In this document: positions 18,679-28,420 of the stretch, one piece after another
Layout of the letters: every line of letters starts with the position of its first letter
Numbering within the stretch: position 1 is the first letter of the stretch
Source: a virus
Lineage: Duplodnaviria > Caudoviricetes
Direction: 5' to 3' (one strand)
Length of the DNA: 64,000 nt
IMG/VR virus record: IMGVR_UViG_3300042010_000129
Location: 224,001-288,000 of that record
Notes under the pieces: model-generated
Told to the model about the DNA's origin: nothing
The model's database searches: none
The model's input: the letters and a program-made list of their open reading frames with translations, nothing else
Program-made: the position numbers and the translations under genes

Positions 18679-18713
18679 AAAAAAGCCCAATGGAAAAAAT
18701 CCACCGGGCTTTT
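18679..18713 (-). terminator. rho-independent terminator
   Basis: AAAGCCC...GGGCTTT stem with an inner TGGA/TCCA pair and U-tract. Confidence 0.7.
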
Positions 18714-18719
18714 CGCGAA

Positions 18720-19229
18720 TCAGATAATGCGCTCTACATAGCCGTAGGCGAAGGTTGCATCCTGACGCAATGCTTGACCACCCGCACCTTCAAAGGCGTA
18801 TTCGGAAATTTCGGTCGGGAACATCCGGTGAATATTCCACGCCGCCGCATCCGCGCCAGTCTGGTCGAACACAGTCAGTTGCGCGGTACGCATGTACGCA
18901 TCGTGGAAACCACCGGTTTGCGTTTGCGTTGCGCGACCAACAGCCGCCCAGTCTTTCAGAGCCTGATAAGTGCGCGCATCGTAAACTTCGTGCAGCGCCA
19001 CGGTCATGCTATGGCTGAAGGTTTTACGTGCAGCAAAAATCAGTTTGTGGCCGAACAATTCGACCTCAACAGTTTGCAGACTGGCGCCGGGCAGGGAAGC
19101 ACCCAAGCACTGAATCCGCAATTGACGACCGTCGCCACCGCCCGGAATGTCAGTGAACAAAAGTTCAAAGTTGTCATTCAGCATCGGGTCGAGCAGGCTA
19201 TACGCTTCGTCCAACGTTACTTTAGGCAT
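18720..19229 (-). CDS. major tail tube protein
   Basis: Immediately after the sheath; LPGASL..VEV..FG, W......FP..I..Y and F.YGY patterns. Confidence 0.75.
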   Translation of the reverse strand: MPKVTLDEAYSLLDPMLNDNFELLFTDIPGGGDGRQLRIQCLGASLPGASLQTVEVELFGHKLIFAARKTFSHSMTVALHEVYDARTYQALKDWAAVGRATQTQTGGFHDAYMRTAQLTVFDQTGADAAAWNIHRMFPTEISEYAFEGAGGQALRQDATFAYGYVERII

Positions 19230-19256
19230 AAATCACCTTTTTTCCATGTTGGATAA

Positions 19257-20849
19257 TTAAGCCGCGATTTGTTCCACGGCGGTACTGAGTTGGCCGGTAG
19301 CCGCAACGGTCGTGGTGAATTTAATCCGCTTCGCATAACGAGTCGGCTGAATCACGTAAACCAGTGCAACGTCACCGTTTGCAATCTGCGATTTCGGGTT
19401 GGTATTCTTGTCGCAATACACCGCCGAGTAATACAAACCGCGTTGGCCTTTGATCGGCGTCAGGATGCGTTCCACGATGCCTTTCAATTGCGCCCACAGG
19501 AATTCATCGTTCGGATCGAACAGGCCGACCAGAACGTCATATTTCGCAGTGGTTTCGATCAAGTTGATCAGACGACGAACCGGAACATCTTGCAGCGCAG
19601 ATTTTTGCGATTGCAAAGTCTGTGCGCCCCACACGCAATAACCGTAACCGGCTTGCTTGTGGATCATGTTGATTTGGTTTTGGTCGAGGATGTTCCGCTC
19701 AGGCAGCGAGTAACGGTGACGCGTGCCGCTGATTTCGGTAATCACACCACGAACAACACCAGCCGGTGCCCAAAACACATCCCGCGCTTCGTCAGACTGT
19801 GCGAACACAGCAGCGACAGCACCGGAACACGGCACGTAGACTTCTTGGTTGTCGTCGGTAACTTCCAGAATATCCGAGCAATAAAGCGCGGCGAAACTGG
19901 TGTTCGTGTTCAGAACGTTACGGCGGTAATTCACCGCACGCGTTACCGTTTGTTGATCGGATGGAATGTCGAGGATCGCGAAACAATCCCGGCGAGTTTC
20001 CGCCAGCTGAATCATTTCTTGATGGATACCCGCGTCGGCGTAACCGGCGTTGATCAGCAAACGAATTTCGAAATCATCTTCGTTTTCGAATGCGCCCCAA
20101 CCTTCGATGATATCGCCAGTGTTTGCCACACGACCGTTATCGCCGTAGGACAAATCGACTTCCACGATTGCGTTGATCAACCGTTTTGCGCCGCCCGAAT
20201 TCACGTACTCAGGATGGTTCACGTTCGGTTTGAAACGAATGCGCGATTCGAGGTTTTCCAACTGGTACGCGATGCTCAGTTGACGACGTTGGCCGTCCAC
20301 TTTTTCACGCAGAGTGCCACGGTAGGTTTCGACCGGGACGCTCATGTTGGTTTCGAAAACTTGCAAAACAAATTGCTCGTTGTCGATATCGTTCACGTCC
20401 GGATACATCAAGACGCGAAGCTGGTTGTTCCACGTGCCGGGATCGGCGCCGTAAATAAAACCGATTTCATCAGGCAGTTGATTGTGTTCGGTTGCCGGAT
20501 CGAGATAGCCTTGCGTTGCCGCTTTGGCAGTCGCAAAACCGTCTTTCGTAACAACAGAACCGGAACCATAATTGGCTTCGGTATCAACGCGATAAAACCA
20601 AAGACGCTGCGCTTTTTTCAGGAAGCGTTCAGCGGCGAAATGGCCGAAGGTAAGCGATGCATCACGCAAGCCAAATTTGGCTCGGAAATCACCCACGCTA
20701 GTAACAAGCGTCGGTACTCCAACACGTCCGCGATTGGATTCACTTACCATGGCCCCCGTGGTCGGGTAGGTAGACGATGCGGATTGCGAGTTATCCACTT
20801 CACCGCCATACACACCCGCCGACGTATTACTGCCGTTTTGTAGGGTCAT
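19257..20849 (-). CDS. tail sheath protein 1 (~530 aa)
   Basis: SAGVY..EVD.S start, WAPAG..RG, WGAQTLQ and VRRLIN sheath signatures; GGAG RBS before 20849. Confidence 0.92.
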   Translation of the reverse strand: MTLQNGSNTSAGVYGGEVDNSQSASSTYPTTGAMVSESNRGRVGVPTLVTSVGDFRAKFGLRDASLTFGHFAAERFLKKAQRLWFYRVDTEANYGSGSVVTKDGFATAKAATQGYLDPATEHNQLPDEIGFIYGADPGTWNNQLRVLMYPDVNDIDNEQFVLQVFETNMSVPVETYRGTLREKVDGQRRQLSIAYQLENLESRIRFKPNVNHPEYVNSGGAKRLINAIVEVDLSYGDNGRVANTGDIIEGWGAFENEDDFEIRLLINAGYADAGIHQEMIQLAETRRDCFAILDIPSDQQTVTRAVNYRRNVLNTNTSFAALYCSDILEVTDDNQEVYVPCSGAVAAVFAQSDEARDVFWAPAGVVRGVITEISGTRHRYSLPERNILDQNQINMIHKQAGYGYCVWGAQTLQSQKSALQDVPVRRLINLIETTAKYDVLVGLFDPNDEFLWAQLKGIVERILTPIKGQRGLYYSAVYCDKNTNPKSQIANGDVALVYVIQPTRYAKRIKFTTTVAATGQLSTAVEQIAA

Positions 20850-20891
20850 GGACTTTCTCCAGTAATCTCCCAAATCGTTTCGGGATTACTA

Positions 20892-20900
20892 TTAAATTAC
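20892..20900 (-). promoter_or_regulatory. GTAATTTAA late-promoter-like motif
   Basis: Exact copy upstream of sheath 1, overlapping the previous stop. Confidence 0.55.
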
Positions 20901-22252
20901 GCTTTAATCAAAGTGCAGCGAACGACATTTTCAGACGTAAGCTTGATGGTTCCGGCAAAAGATCCATTCAAAAAGAATTGACCATTTACCGTCATTTTAA
21001 CCGGTGCGCTTTGAACGCCCGCATCCGGATCTTGTGTATCGGGTGCCGGACATTCCGCCATTGGGGGGCGAATCAATTCCAGCGTTTTCGTTACCGGTGT
21101 AATGCCCTGCGTGTATTCGATTACAACAGGCTGGCCCGGCAATCCGATGTGGTGAAACGTCGGAAAAGCAATGCCGTATTTGCCGCTGTAATTGAATTGC
21201 AATTCATCCAACGGATAGGTAAAAACTGCACCGGTGAATTGATTGCGGAACACTACGTTTTTCTGGCCGCGTGCGCTGTTGTCCGTGATTACCACAGAGA
21301 ACGGCTGCGTGATATCGACTTGCGTTACGGATTCGATTACAGCAGGTGGCGCAGGACTCACGGTTACATCAACAGAAATTTCCTGCAATTGACCGTAAAT
21401 ATCTTTGCCGAATGTCGTGACGCGAATCACGTCGTTGTCATTCACTGCGAGCGCTGTATCGCCGTCGTCGAAAGTCAATTCGATTGGAACGAATGCGCTG
21501 TGCAGAACTTGCTTTGTCGAACCGCTGCGCACGTTGGTGATTTGCGCATAAGGCTGTTGCGGATTACGCACCTTGAAATTCAGGAAACCACCAAACACAA
21601 CAGTGGCCGGAACTTCAATCGTGGTCGGTTCGAAATCCAGCGTCACAACCTGATCTTTCGTAATCACCCGCGATTTACCGGTGGCGTCGAATTGCTCTTC
21701 GTAAGTGAATCGCAAAATGTCGTCTTTGCGGCAGAACAGCATGCCGTCGAAATCAACACCGGTTGCATCATTGTTTTGCGTCTGCAAAAAGCTTTCGTAT
21801 ACGCCCTGCGAACTACGGATCAGCGACACTTCCTCAGTTTCACCAGTCCGCATATTCTGCACGGAAATAGTGATTGGAGCCGTGGTGAAAATGTCGGGGT
21901 CGGTGACTTTGCAGGTCACGAAACGGCTGGCGTTTGCCACACCGATTTCAATCGTCGCGTCGAAAAAGATTTGCTCGGATCGTACTTCAGGTTCAGGAAT
22001 CAAACCGAAGGCCACCATTTCAATCTGGATCGGATGCGGACACTGAATAGAAAGAATGTTATGCACATCCTTAATTGTGTACGGATTATCAGGGCCGATC
22101 GTGATATCTTTTTGCTCCAATGTTGCTTCCGTTACTTTGGTTGCGACACTGAATGCGTTAATGCCTGTGCGCCGGGTATTATCCACCAGAAACTGGCGCG
22201 TTTCTGTCACGACGGTGCGTGCTGGTGGCTTGTATATTTGAATCGGTTTCAT
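20897..22252 (-). CDS. virion structural protein, beta-sandwich rich (451 aa)
   Basis: Repeated V.V.N.RTG/SG strand motif; located in the neck/tail block. Confidence 0.65.
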   Translation of the reverse strand: MKPIQIYKPPARTVVTETRQFLVDNTRRTGINAFSVATKVTEATLEQKDITIGPDNPYTIKDVHNILSIQCPHPIQIEMVAFGLIPEPEVRSEQIFFDATIEIGVANASRFVTCKVTDPDIFTTAPITISVQNMRTGETEEVSLIRSSQGVYESFLQTQNNDATGVDFDGMLFCRKDDILRFTYEEQFDATGKSRVITKDQVVTLDFEPTTIEVPATVVFGGFLNFKVRNPQQPYAQITNVRSGSTKQVLHSAFVPIELTFDDGDTALAVNDNDVIRVTTFGKDIYGQLQEISVDVTVSPAPPAVIESVTQVDITQPFSVVITDNSARGQKNVVFRNQFTGAVFTYPLDELQFNYSGKYGIAFPTFHHIGLPGQPVVIEYTQGITPVTKTLELIRPPMAECPAPDTQDPDAGVQSAPVKMTVNGQFFLNGSFAGTIKLTSENVVRCTLIKA

Positions 22253-22971
22253 ACGTCACCCGCCGTTTGAAGAATGGAGATTTCTTCGTCAGTAACATTG
22301 CCGTCAGGATTAACCACGACAGCGTTGAAAGTGACTTCCCCGCGATTGTTGATCTTGGAGATTTGTTTCTCGACGCCCGTCCACGTATTGGAAGTACACG
22401 AAAAAGTCAGATCAAAACCTTCAGGGTCAACTTCGTTTTCTTTGTCGGCCCGTGGGATTGTGATTTCTTTTGTGTCCATCACAATATCAACAAAGCTACT
22501 GGCCTTGCCGCTGGTGATACGCACGTTGAGGGCCTTGGAATCAATGAGAATCAGGGCCTCCCCGATAAAGCGAATTGCGTCCACGTAATCGTTGGTGATG
22601 TAGTGGAATTCGTAGCGAAGTTGGATAGGGAAATAATGCAGTCTGGTGATTTGGCTATTGCTGCCATCCAGAACATCCCCGACGCCGCGACGACGAATCG
22701 TAGGCGACAACAAATGCGCTTCAGTTTTTGCGATGCTGTTCACGCTCACGTATGCATACGGAAACGACGGTTCCATTTTGGAACGCAGAAGTTGCTTTAC
22801 ATCGTTGTTGTGAACGAACGGCAAATCTTGGAGCTTAAAATATCTTTTGAACGATGCGCGAATTGCAGCAAACGACGTGAACAAGTGCGTTTGCTTGAAA
22901 CTCTGATTGCCTAGTAGGTCACGACTTTTTAATGCGTCACGCAACTTTTCACGGGCTGGCGTATCAGTCAT
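22249..22971 (-). CDS. putative tail terminator/neck protein (~240 aa)
   Basis: Between capsid and sheath genes; FPYAY.S motif; GGAGG RBS before 22971. Confidence 0.5.
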   Translation of the reverse strand: MTDTPAREKLRDALKSRDLLGNQSFKQTHLFTSFAAIRASFKRYFKLQDLPFVHNNDVKQLLRSKMEPSFPYAYVSVNSIAKTEAHLLSPTIRRRGVGDVLDGSNSQITRLHYFPIQLRYEFHYITNDYVDAIRFIGEALILIDSKALNVRITSGKASSFVDIVMDTKEITIPRADKENEVDPEGFDLTFSCTSNTWTGVEKQISKINNRGEVTFNAVVVNPDGNVTDEEISILQTAGDV

Positions 22972-22990
22972 TTTTTCTGCCTCCAAAAAC

Positions 22991-23026
22991 AAAAAAGGCC
23001 GTCGTGATTTCTCACAGCGGCCTTTT
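22991..23026 (-). terminator. rho-independent terminator
   Basis: AAAGGCCG...CGGCCTTT stem and U-tract. Confidence 0.75.
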
Positions 23027-23028
23027 CG

Positions 23029-23565
23029 TTACAGCGGTATCCTGATACGGCCCGGAATTAGCGGTTGCATCGCTTGGGCTGGCGCTCGAATTACCAACGA
23101 TTCATCATCGTAGGGTTCAAGGTCAACCGAAGCAAAAGCCGATAGTTGTGGATCGAGGATAATTGTTTCGCCCTCTTCCAAATACTGCTTTTGTGCGTAG
23201 ACAGCGGAGGCCATCGACATAATCTGCCGAAGCGCCACGCTATCAGTTCCATGCAACGAAGGGTTGATGGAATTTTCCGAATTTGGAGCAGTACCGAATT
23301 TAGTAACGGTTGGCGAAGTTTCTTCAACGTAATCGACAAAACTGTCGAGTCCATCGACTTGCCCTTCGTTACCACCTTCAGCAAGCGGAACCGTCGAGCA
23401 TTGATTCTGTACCGGGGCGCAGGTCAATGCAGGAAGTAGCGAACTGTTCAGGATCGAAGAAAATTCATCGCAATTGCAAATCTGTTTAAGCACTTGCACT
23501 GCCAATTCGTCTCTTCCGTTTTTGCAACACAATGCCGCAAGTGAAAAAAGAGCCTGAATGTCCAT
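23029..23565 (-). CDS. putative head-associated protein (178 aa)
   Basis: Directly after the MCP; contains AxAS-type motifs. Confidence 0.65.
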   Translation of the reverse strand: MDIQALFSLAALCCKNGRDELAVQVLKQICNCDEFSSILNSSLLPALTCAPVQNQCSTVPLAEGGNEGQVDGLDSFVDYVEETSPTVTKFGTAPNSENSINPSLHGTDSVALRQIMSMASAVYAQKQYLEEGETIILDPQLSAFASVDLEPYDDESLVIRAPAQAMQPLIPGRIRIPL

Positions 23566-23645
23566 CTTTTAATCTCCAGAAGAATCTGACGCCGATCAAA
23601 ACTTAAAGGGGCGCTCCTTTTTATTTTAATCGGCGCGGAGATTAA

Positions 23646-24755
23646 TTAACGAACCAGACGCTTACCTTTCACGACGGAACGGTTGTTGGCGAGAACGAAC
23701 GAGAACGCTTCGGACAGCATCCAGCCTTTAGCGGTCGAACCTTCGTGCGCGTAGTCAACCGGACGGGATTGGATACCGCCGCGAGTCGAGTAGGCAGCGT
23801 GGTGTTCAGGGCTGGCAACAACGTAGATTTCGCCACGTTCCAGAACCTTTTGGTTCGGTGCGCGGAAACCATCGGTCAGCAGTTGCAGACCAACCAGCGT
23901 ACCCAGCTGGCCGTTCAGAGCCAAGTCGTACTTGGTGATCGGATCGAGCATGGTTGCGAAATCGTTCGAACCGATGATATCCGACCAGTAGTCGTTGGAA
24001 ATGATCGCGGTGGTTGCTGGCAGGTTCCAGTCGGTTACAGCGGTGCGCAGACGACCGAGGTTTTTGGTGGTCAGTTCGCCAGCGATGTATTCGATTGGGT
24101 TCATCATGCCAACGGTTGCGTCAGCAGCGATTTTCCACAGACGGTCTTCTTGAACCATCATGCTTTGCAGCGCGTCGTTGTAAGCGTGTTCCAGCAGATC
24201 GCCCGAAACCTGTTCCATGTCCAGCGCGTTTACGCGAACGTTGGCGATGATTTCGAATTCGGCAGGCAGGAATTGACGAGCGCGAATGTTCTGGTAGCCG
24301 ACGCCAGCAGGGCCGGTGGCAACAACTGCCATCGAATCGTGCGGAGGCATTGGAACGCGTTGAACTTCGCCCTGACGCAGAGTGTTACCTTGCGAAAGTT
24401 TACGCAGGAAACCATCACGCTCGGATTGCTCGTAAACCTGTTGCGCGATGTTCGCGCCCAGTGCTTGCCAGTTTTCGTCGGAAGCCATTGCTTCGCGCAT
24501 GATTTCGCGACGTTGTTCGCGTTGTTCTTTGCTCGAAGCGGTGGCGATTTGTTGTTCAGGAACAACGATGCCCTTTTGCACGGCGTCCATCAGACGACCG
24601 ATTTGTTGGGCGAGGTCTTTGCTGTCGGAGGCGTTGAATTCGCCAGTGGCGGAACTCAGAGCCAGCGAACCACCTTTCGAATAGCGCAGTTCGTCGAGCG
24701 GGGAACCGTCACGCAGAACCATCCGTGCGCCTTGAATTTTGTTTGGGGTGAACAT
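23646..24755 (-). CDS. major capsid protein (HK97 fold, 369 aa)
   Basis: Size, position after scaffold and decoration genes, strong codon bias, C-terminal GQLGTLVG...GEIYVVA...GWMLSE pattern. Confidence 0.85.
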   Translation of the reverse strand: MFTPNKIQGARMVLRDGSPLDELRYSKGGSLALSSATGEFNASDSKDLAQQIGRLMDAVQKGIVVPEQQIATASSKEQREQRREIMREAMASDENWQALGANIAQQVYEQSERDGFLRKLSQGNTLRQGEVQRVPMPPHDSMAVVATGPAGVGYQNIRARQFLPAEFEIIANVRVNALDMEQVSGDLLEHAYNDALQSMMVQEDRLWKIAADATVGMMNPIEYIAGELTTKNLGRLRTAVTDWNLPATTAIISNDYWSDIIGSNDFATMLDPITKYDLALNGQLGTLVGLQLLTDGFRAPNQKVLERGEIYVVASPEHHAAYSTRGGIQSRPVDYAHEGSTAKGWMLSEAFSFVLANNRSVVKGKRLVR

Positions 24756-24792
24756 ATGTTATTTCTCCAAGAATTTTTCGAACGGTTCGCGA

Positions 24793-25533
24793 TTAAGCGT
24801 TGGTGATTTTGACGACCAGCGGGCCGTAGGAAGCTGCGTCTTGTACTGGGGTTTGCAGAACCAGAACAGTGTTCACGGTTTCGCCGGGGCCGGAAGTGGT
24901 GAACTTGCCATCAACGCCCAGTTTCGGACGCAGAGCGGTAGACCAGTCGGCAGCAGCGTCGTAGAAAGTGGTAGCGACTTGTTCAGCGCGGGTCAGGACG
25001 GCAATGCGGCCCAGTTCCGAACTCGACAGGCCACCGATTGGCGCATCACCGCGAATGGTTTTGGCTTCGGAAACGGTCGGTTCGTACATCATTTGCACGA
25101 ACAATTCTTTGCCGGTATCGCCCGGAACAGCGGCAGCGCCGCCATCGACGGCAGGAGTGCCGGTGAAGAAATACAGTTTGGTGCCGACGCTTTGCACTTT
25201 GCCTTCAACAGGCGCAGCAGCGGAAATTTCCAGAGTTTCGCCGCCGACTTTAACCAGCATTTGGCCGTTCAGTGGCAGGCGACCGAGGTCAACAACGCCG
25301 CTTTCCGGAACGATGGTGTCTGCAACGATTTTCGGCAGGAACGAAGGCGGGGTATTACGGTTAACCGAAATACCGGCGAAGATTTCGCCAACAACGCCTT
25401 GCGAAGGACGTACATAAGTACGGCCATTTACTTTCGAGAAAACGAGCGCTTGGCCGTCTTCACGCAGGTCGAGGCCGGGTTCAACGTCGCGGAATTCGGT
25501 GTTGAATGCGCGAGTGTATTTATCAACGATCAT
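24793..25533 (-). CDS. putative capsid decoration/cement protein (246 aa)
   Basis: Between scaffold and MCP with the same biased codon usage; GEIFAGIS motif. Confidence 0.6.
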   Translation of the reverse strand: MIVDKYTRAFNTEFRDVEPGLDLREDGQALVFSKVNGRTYVRPSQGVVGEIFAGISVNRNTPPSFLPKIVADTIVPESGVVDLGRLPLNGQMLVKVGGETLEISAAAPVEGKVQSVGTKLYFFTGTPAVDGGAAAVPGDTGKELFVQMMYEPTVSEAKTIRGDAPIGGLSSSELGRIAVLTRAEQVATTFYDAAADWSTALRPKLGVDGKFTTSGPGETVNTVLVLQTPVQDAASYGPLVVKITNA

Positions 25534-25550
25534 TGGGAGTTTCTCCGTTA

Positions 25551-27479
25551 TCAGAACAGTTTCAAGCCGGTCAGCTTGGTTTTGAAATCAGTTTGCGGTT
25601 GCTGTGCCGAAGCGGTTGCGACCACGTTTTCTTGTTGCACTTGCGCTGGAGTTTGCACCGGGCGACCGACCGAAAGCGAAGACGCGGTAGCCACGTTTTT
25701 CGGTTCGATTTGAGTCACGGCAACTGCCATCTGGTTTTGAACGACTTGTTCGAAGTTCATGATTTCGCCAGCCTTCGCCAAAATCGACGCATGGTATTCA
25801 GGCGAATGTTCGATGAACGCACGTTGCAGAAGTTCTTCAGCACCGGACAGACCAACAGCTTCCAGACTGGAAGCGAGCGCGGTCACAATCGGGTTGTTCA
25901 GGTCACGGAAATAACCGGTGTTAATACCGTGTGCAGCCGTCGCCAGAGCGGATTCGTAGCGGGTTGCGAGTTCCGATTTATCGCGTGCGGTTGCTTCAGC
26001 CAGCACGTTACCCTGTTCGGTAACTTGCGATTTGATTTGTTCCGCAACAACCTGTTCGATTTGCAGAACCGGTTTGATTTCTTCGAAACGCAGTTGTTGC
26101 AGCGCAGCAGGCACGCCCTGTTCGCTGGCAATTGCTTTGAAAGCACGGCCAATTGCTGGATCAGCAAAAGTAGCCGGATTTTCCGAAGCAGAAGCGATTG
26201 CTTTTGCGAAAGGAATACCGTTGTGGAATGCCATCCACGTAGGTTCGCCTTGGACGTTACCTACATAATTAACATCAACAGTATTTTCCTTCATGTCCGT
26301 AGACGCGATGGAAACGAACGATGCGGTTACTTCAACCGGGGCCACAACTTCAGGCGCAGCGGCCACAACAGGTGCGGCGGCAGCGGCTGGTTGTTCACCT
26401 GTGTTTTCTGCGTTGTTTTCAGCATTTGCAACGGCGGCATTTTGCTCGGCCAATTGCTCAGCTTCGGTTTTCGCGCTTGCGGTAGCCATTTCAGGTTTTA
26501 CCTTTTTACGAACGCCGCCTTTTTTCTTGCCTTTCGAAGCAGCGAGGCCCAAAGAAAGATCGTCGTCATCGTCTTCTTCTTCCTCTTCCTCTTCCTCTTC
26601 CTCGTCGTCTGGATCTTCTTCCTCTTCCTCTTCTTCCTCGAATTCTTCGTCGTCTTCTTCCTCTTCTTCGTCTTCGTCATCCGAAGCTTTGGCGAGGAAA
26701 TCGGCGGACGCCACAGCTTTTTGCTCGGCGCTCATGTCGTCTTCCGGATCAACCAGACCCATGTTGGTCACGGGGCAGAAAATCGGAGATTGGTTGCTGG
26801 CGACGATATGCATTTCCGGGCCTTCGTCAGAAGCAGTAACCAGATAATGCACTTTCATTTTGCCGTCTTCGGTGGCAGCGGATGCCACGGCGAGTTGTGG
26901 TACATAACCTTCAACTTTTTCCGCTTCGATATTCTTGTAAATGTCGAAGTTGATTGGTTGGTTGGAAATGACCATAACGTCATCGCATTTCGCGGCAAAA
27001 GTTTCGCCTTCGCCACTTGCCAGAGCGCGGAATGCTTCAACAGCAGAAACGCGATCAGTGGCAACTGCGAGCAGCAATTCTTTTGGTTGGTTGTTCTTTT
27101 TCAAGTCAGCGTCTTCCATTTGGGGGAGGTCGGAAGCGCAAGCCGGGCATTTATCCAACAGTTCGAGACTGTCGGTGATAACGTGTGCGCCGCAACCGCT
27201 GGAGCAGGCTTGATAGAACGCGTCCATATCCTCTTCAGTGTTCGAGGCTACGGCCACCATTTCATGCTTTTCGTCTTCCGGAACGGCAACCATTTCTTCA
27301 CCGTTCAACGGGTTCAGAAGTTGCAAATCGGATTGGGCGGTAGCAATGGCGAACGCGCCATCTTTACTTTCCAAAACGCGATAAGTACCCGAAGCGACAG
27401 CGCTGAAAAGTTCCACTGCTTGCTCTTGGTTATCAGCCATAACGACGATGCCGCGCAGGCGCGAATTTCGTTTCGACAT
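25551..27479 (-). CDS. prohead core/scaffolding protein with long acidic tract (642 aa)
   Basis: Upstream of the MCP operon; Ala/Glu-rich; about 40-residue D/E tract at 26559-26681; Cys clusters; many AxAS motifs. Confidence 0.65.
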   Translation of the reverse strand: MSKRNSRLRGIVVMADNQEQAVELFSAVASGTYRVLESKDGAFAIATAQSDLQLLNPLNGEEMVAVPEDEKHEMVAVASNTEEDMDAFYQACSSGCGAHVITDSLELLDKCPACASDLPQMEDADLKKNNQPKELLLAVATDRVSAVEAFRALASGEGETFAAKCDDVMVISNQPINFDIYKNIEAEKVEGYVPQLAVASAATEDGKMKVHYLVTASDEGPEMHIVASNQSPIFCPVTNMGLVDPEDDMSAEQKAVASADFLAKASDDEDEEEEEDDEEFEEEEEEEEDPDDEEEEEEEEEEDDDDDLSLGLAASKGKKKGGVRKKVKPEMATASAKTEAEQLAEQNAAVANAENNAENTGEQPAAAAAPVVAAAPEVVAPVEVTASFVSIASTDMKENTVDVNYVGNVQGEPTWMAFHNGIPFAKAIASASENPATFADPAIGRAFKAIASEQGVPAALQQLRFEEIKPVLQIEQVVAEQIKSQVTEQGNVLAEATARDKSELATRYESALATAAHGINTGYFRDLNNPIVTALASSLEAVGLSGAEELLQRAFIEHSPEYHASILAKAGEIMNFEQVVQNQMAVAVTQIEPKNVATASSLSVGRPVQTPAQVQQENVVATASAQQPQTDFKTKLTGLKLF

Positions 27480-27548
27480 GGTTCACTCCATTTAAGAGTT
27501 TGTGGGTTTTTATACCTCACGTTTAAAAATTACAAAGTTCAGAAAACT

Positions 27549-27911
27549 TCAGAGTAGTTTCAACAGCAGCCCACGAACCTTACGGCAAATCGCTTGCACC
27601 GAATCGTGCGCGGTAAACCCTTCGTATTTCGTGTGTTCGCCATTAATATCCGTTTCACCCTCGTAATGCCAATTCGTTTCTTCAAGGGTGAATTGAATGC
27701 TACCCGTACCCATATCAGAAACAAAATCAACGCGAGCGCTGTGATGCGGTTTGCCGTTGCCTACGTTATCGTACTTGATATCGCATTTAATCAGACCCTT
27801 TCGGATTTCCTGAATGTTGTGCAATTGGTGTTTCAAGCTGCGAAGATCGAAGGTTTTCGGCTGGTGCATATCAGACAATGGCGAGGCTGCTAACGCGATA
27901 AATACTTCCAT
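27549..27911 (-). CDS. putative head protein (120 aa)
   Basis: AAGGAG RBS; preceded by GTAATTTAA; N-terminus FIALAASP. Confidence 0.7.
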   Translation of the reverse strand: MEVFIALAASPLSDMHQPKTFDLRSLKHQLHNIQEIRKGLIKCDIKYDNVGNGKPHHSARVDFVSDMGTGSIQFTLEETNWHYEGETDINGEHTKYEGFTAHDSVQAICRKVRGLLLKLL

Positions 27912-27936
27912 TAGCAGGCTCCTTGATGCTACATGT

Positions 27937-27945
27937 TTAAATTAC
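27937..27945 (-). promoter_or_regulatory. GTAATTTAA late-promoter-like motif
   Basis: Exact copy between a terminator and the ATG at 27911. Confidence 0.6.
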
Positions 27946-27965
27946 CCCGAACAGAAATTTTGGAC

Positions 27966-28004
27966 AAAAAAAAGCCCATACAGGCGGGGGAACCTGTATG
28001 GGCT
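27966..28004 (-). terminator. rho-independent terminator
   Basis: 12-bp perfect stem AGCCCATACAGG/CCTGTATGGGCT plus a long U-tract. Confidence 0.85.
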
Positions 28005-28072
28005 AAATGCTGTGACATAAAGAGATACAACAAGCCTACCCTCGTAGACTATTAATAAATTAGTGACGTTTT

Positions 28073-28333
28073 TCAGATGTGTTTCAATGCGTATTCAAAC
28101 GATTCAATTGCCGCCAATTCATGCACGGTTACTTCGCCTTTCGAACGCCGAGGGTTTCCACACATCACGCAGTTTGATTGCCCGCAATTGAATGCATTCC
28201 GTTTATTCCATTTGTTCGATGGTTTAATACGGCTATCACGTTGCGGGTAATGGTTCCAATCAGCTACACGTTTCTTAATCACGCGTGCATCGTGGAACCG
28301 CTGCAATTGCTTCTGTTCTTTGTTTGAAGACAT
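28073..28333 (-). CDS. small basic Cys-rich protein (86 aa)
   Basis: CGQSNCVMCGNPRR motif; sits inside the head module with its own terminator. Confidence 0.65.
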   Translation of the reverse strand: MSSNKEQKQLQRFHDARVIKKRVADWNHYPQRDSRIKPSNKWNKRNAFNCGQSNCVMCGNPRRSKGEVTVHELAAIESFEYALKHI

Positions 28334-28420
28334 TCGTTTAATCTACATTCGGCCCACCCCGGAATGGAATGGGCTATCGCATGTAGATCGTTTCGTTAAA
28401 TGCCTGCATTTAACTCCTCT

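Noticed and set aside
1271-26681. GAA/GAG-rich repeats (1271-1351, ~13955-13980, 26559-26681) as a CRISPR array or VNTR
   Set aside because: They are in-frame acidic tracts with no repeat-spacer structure.
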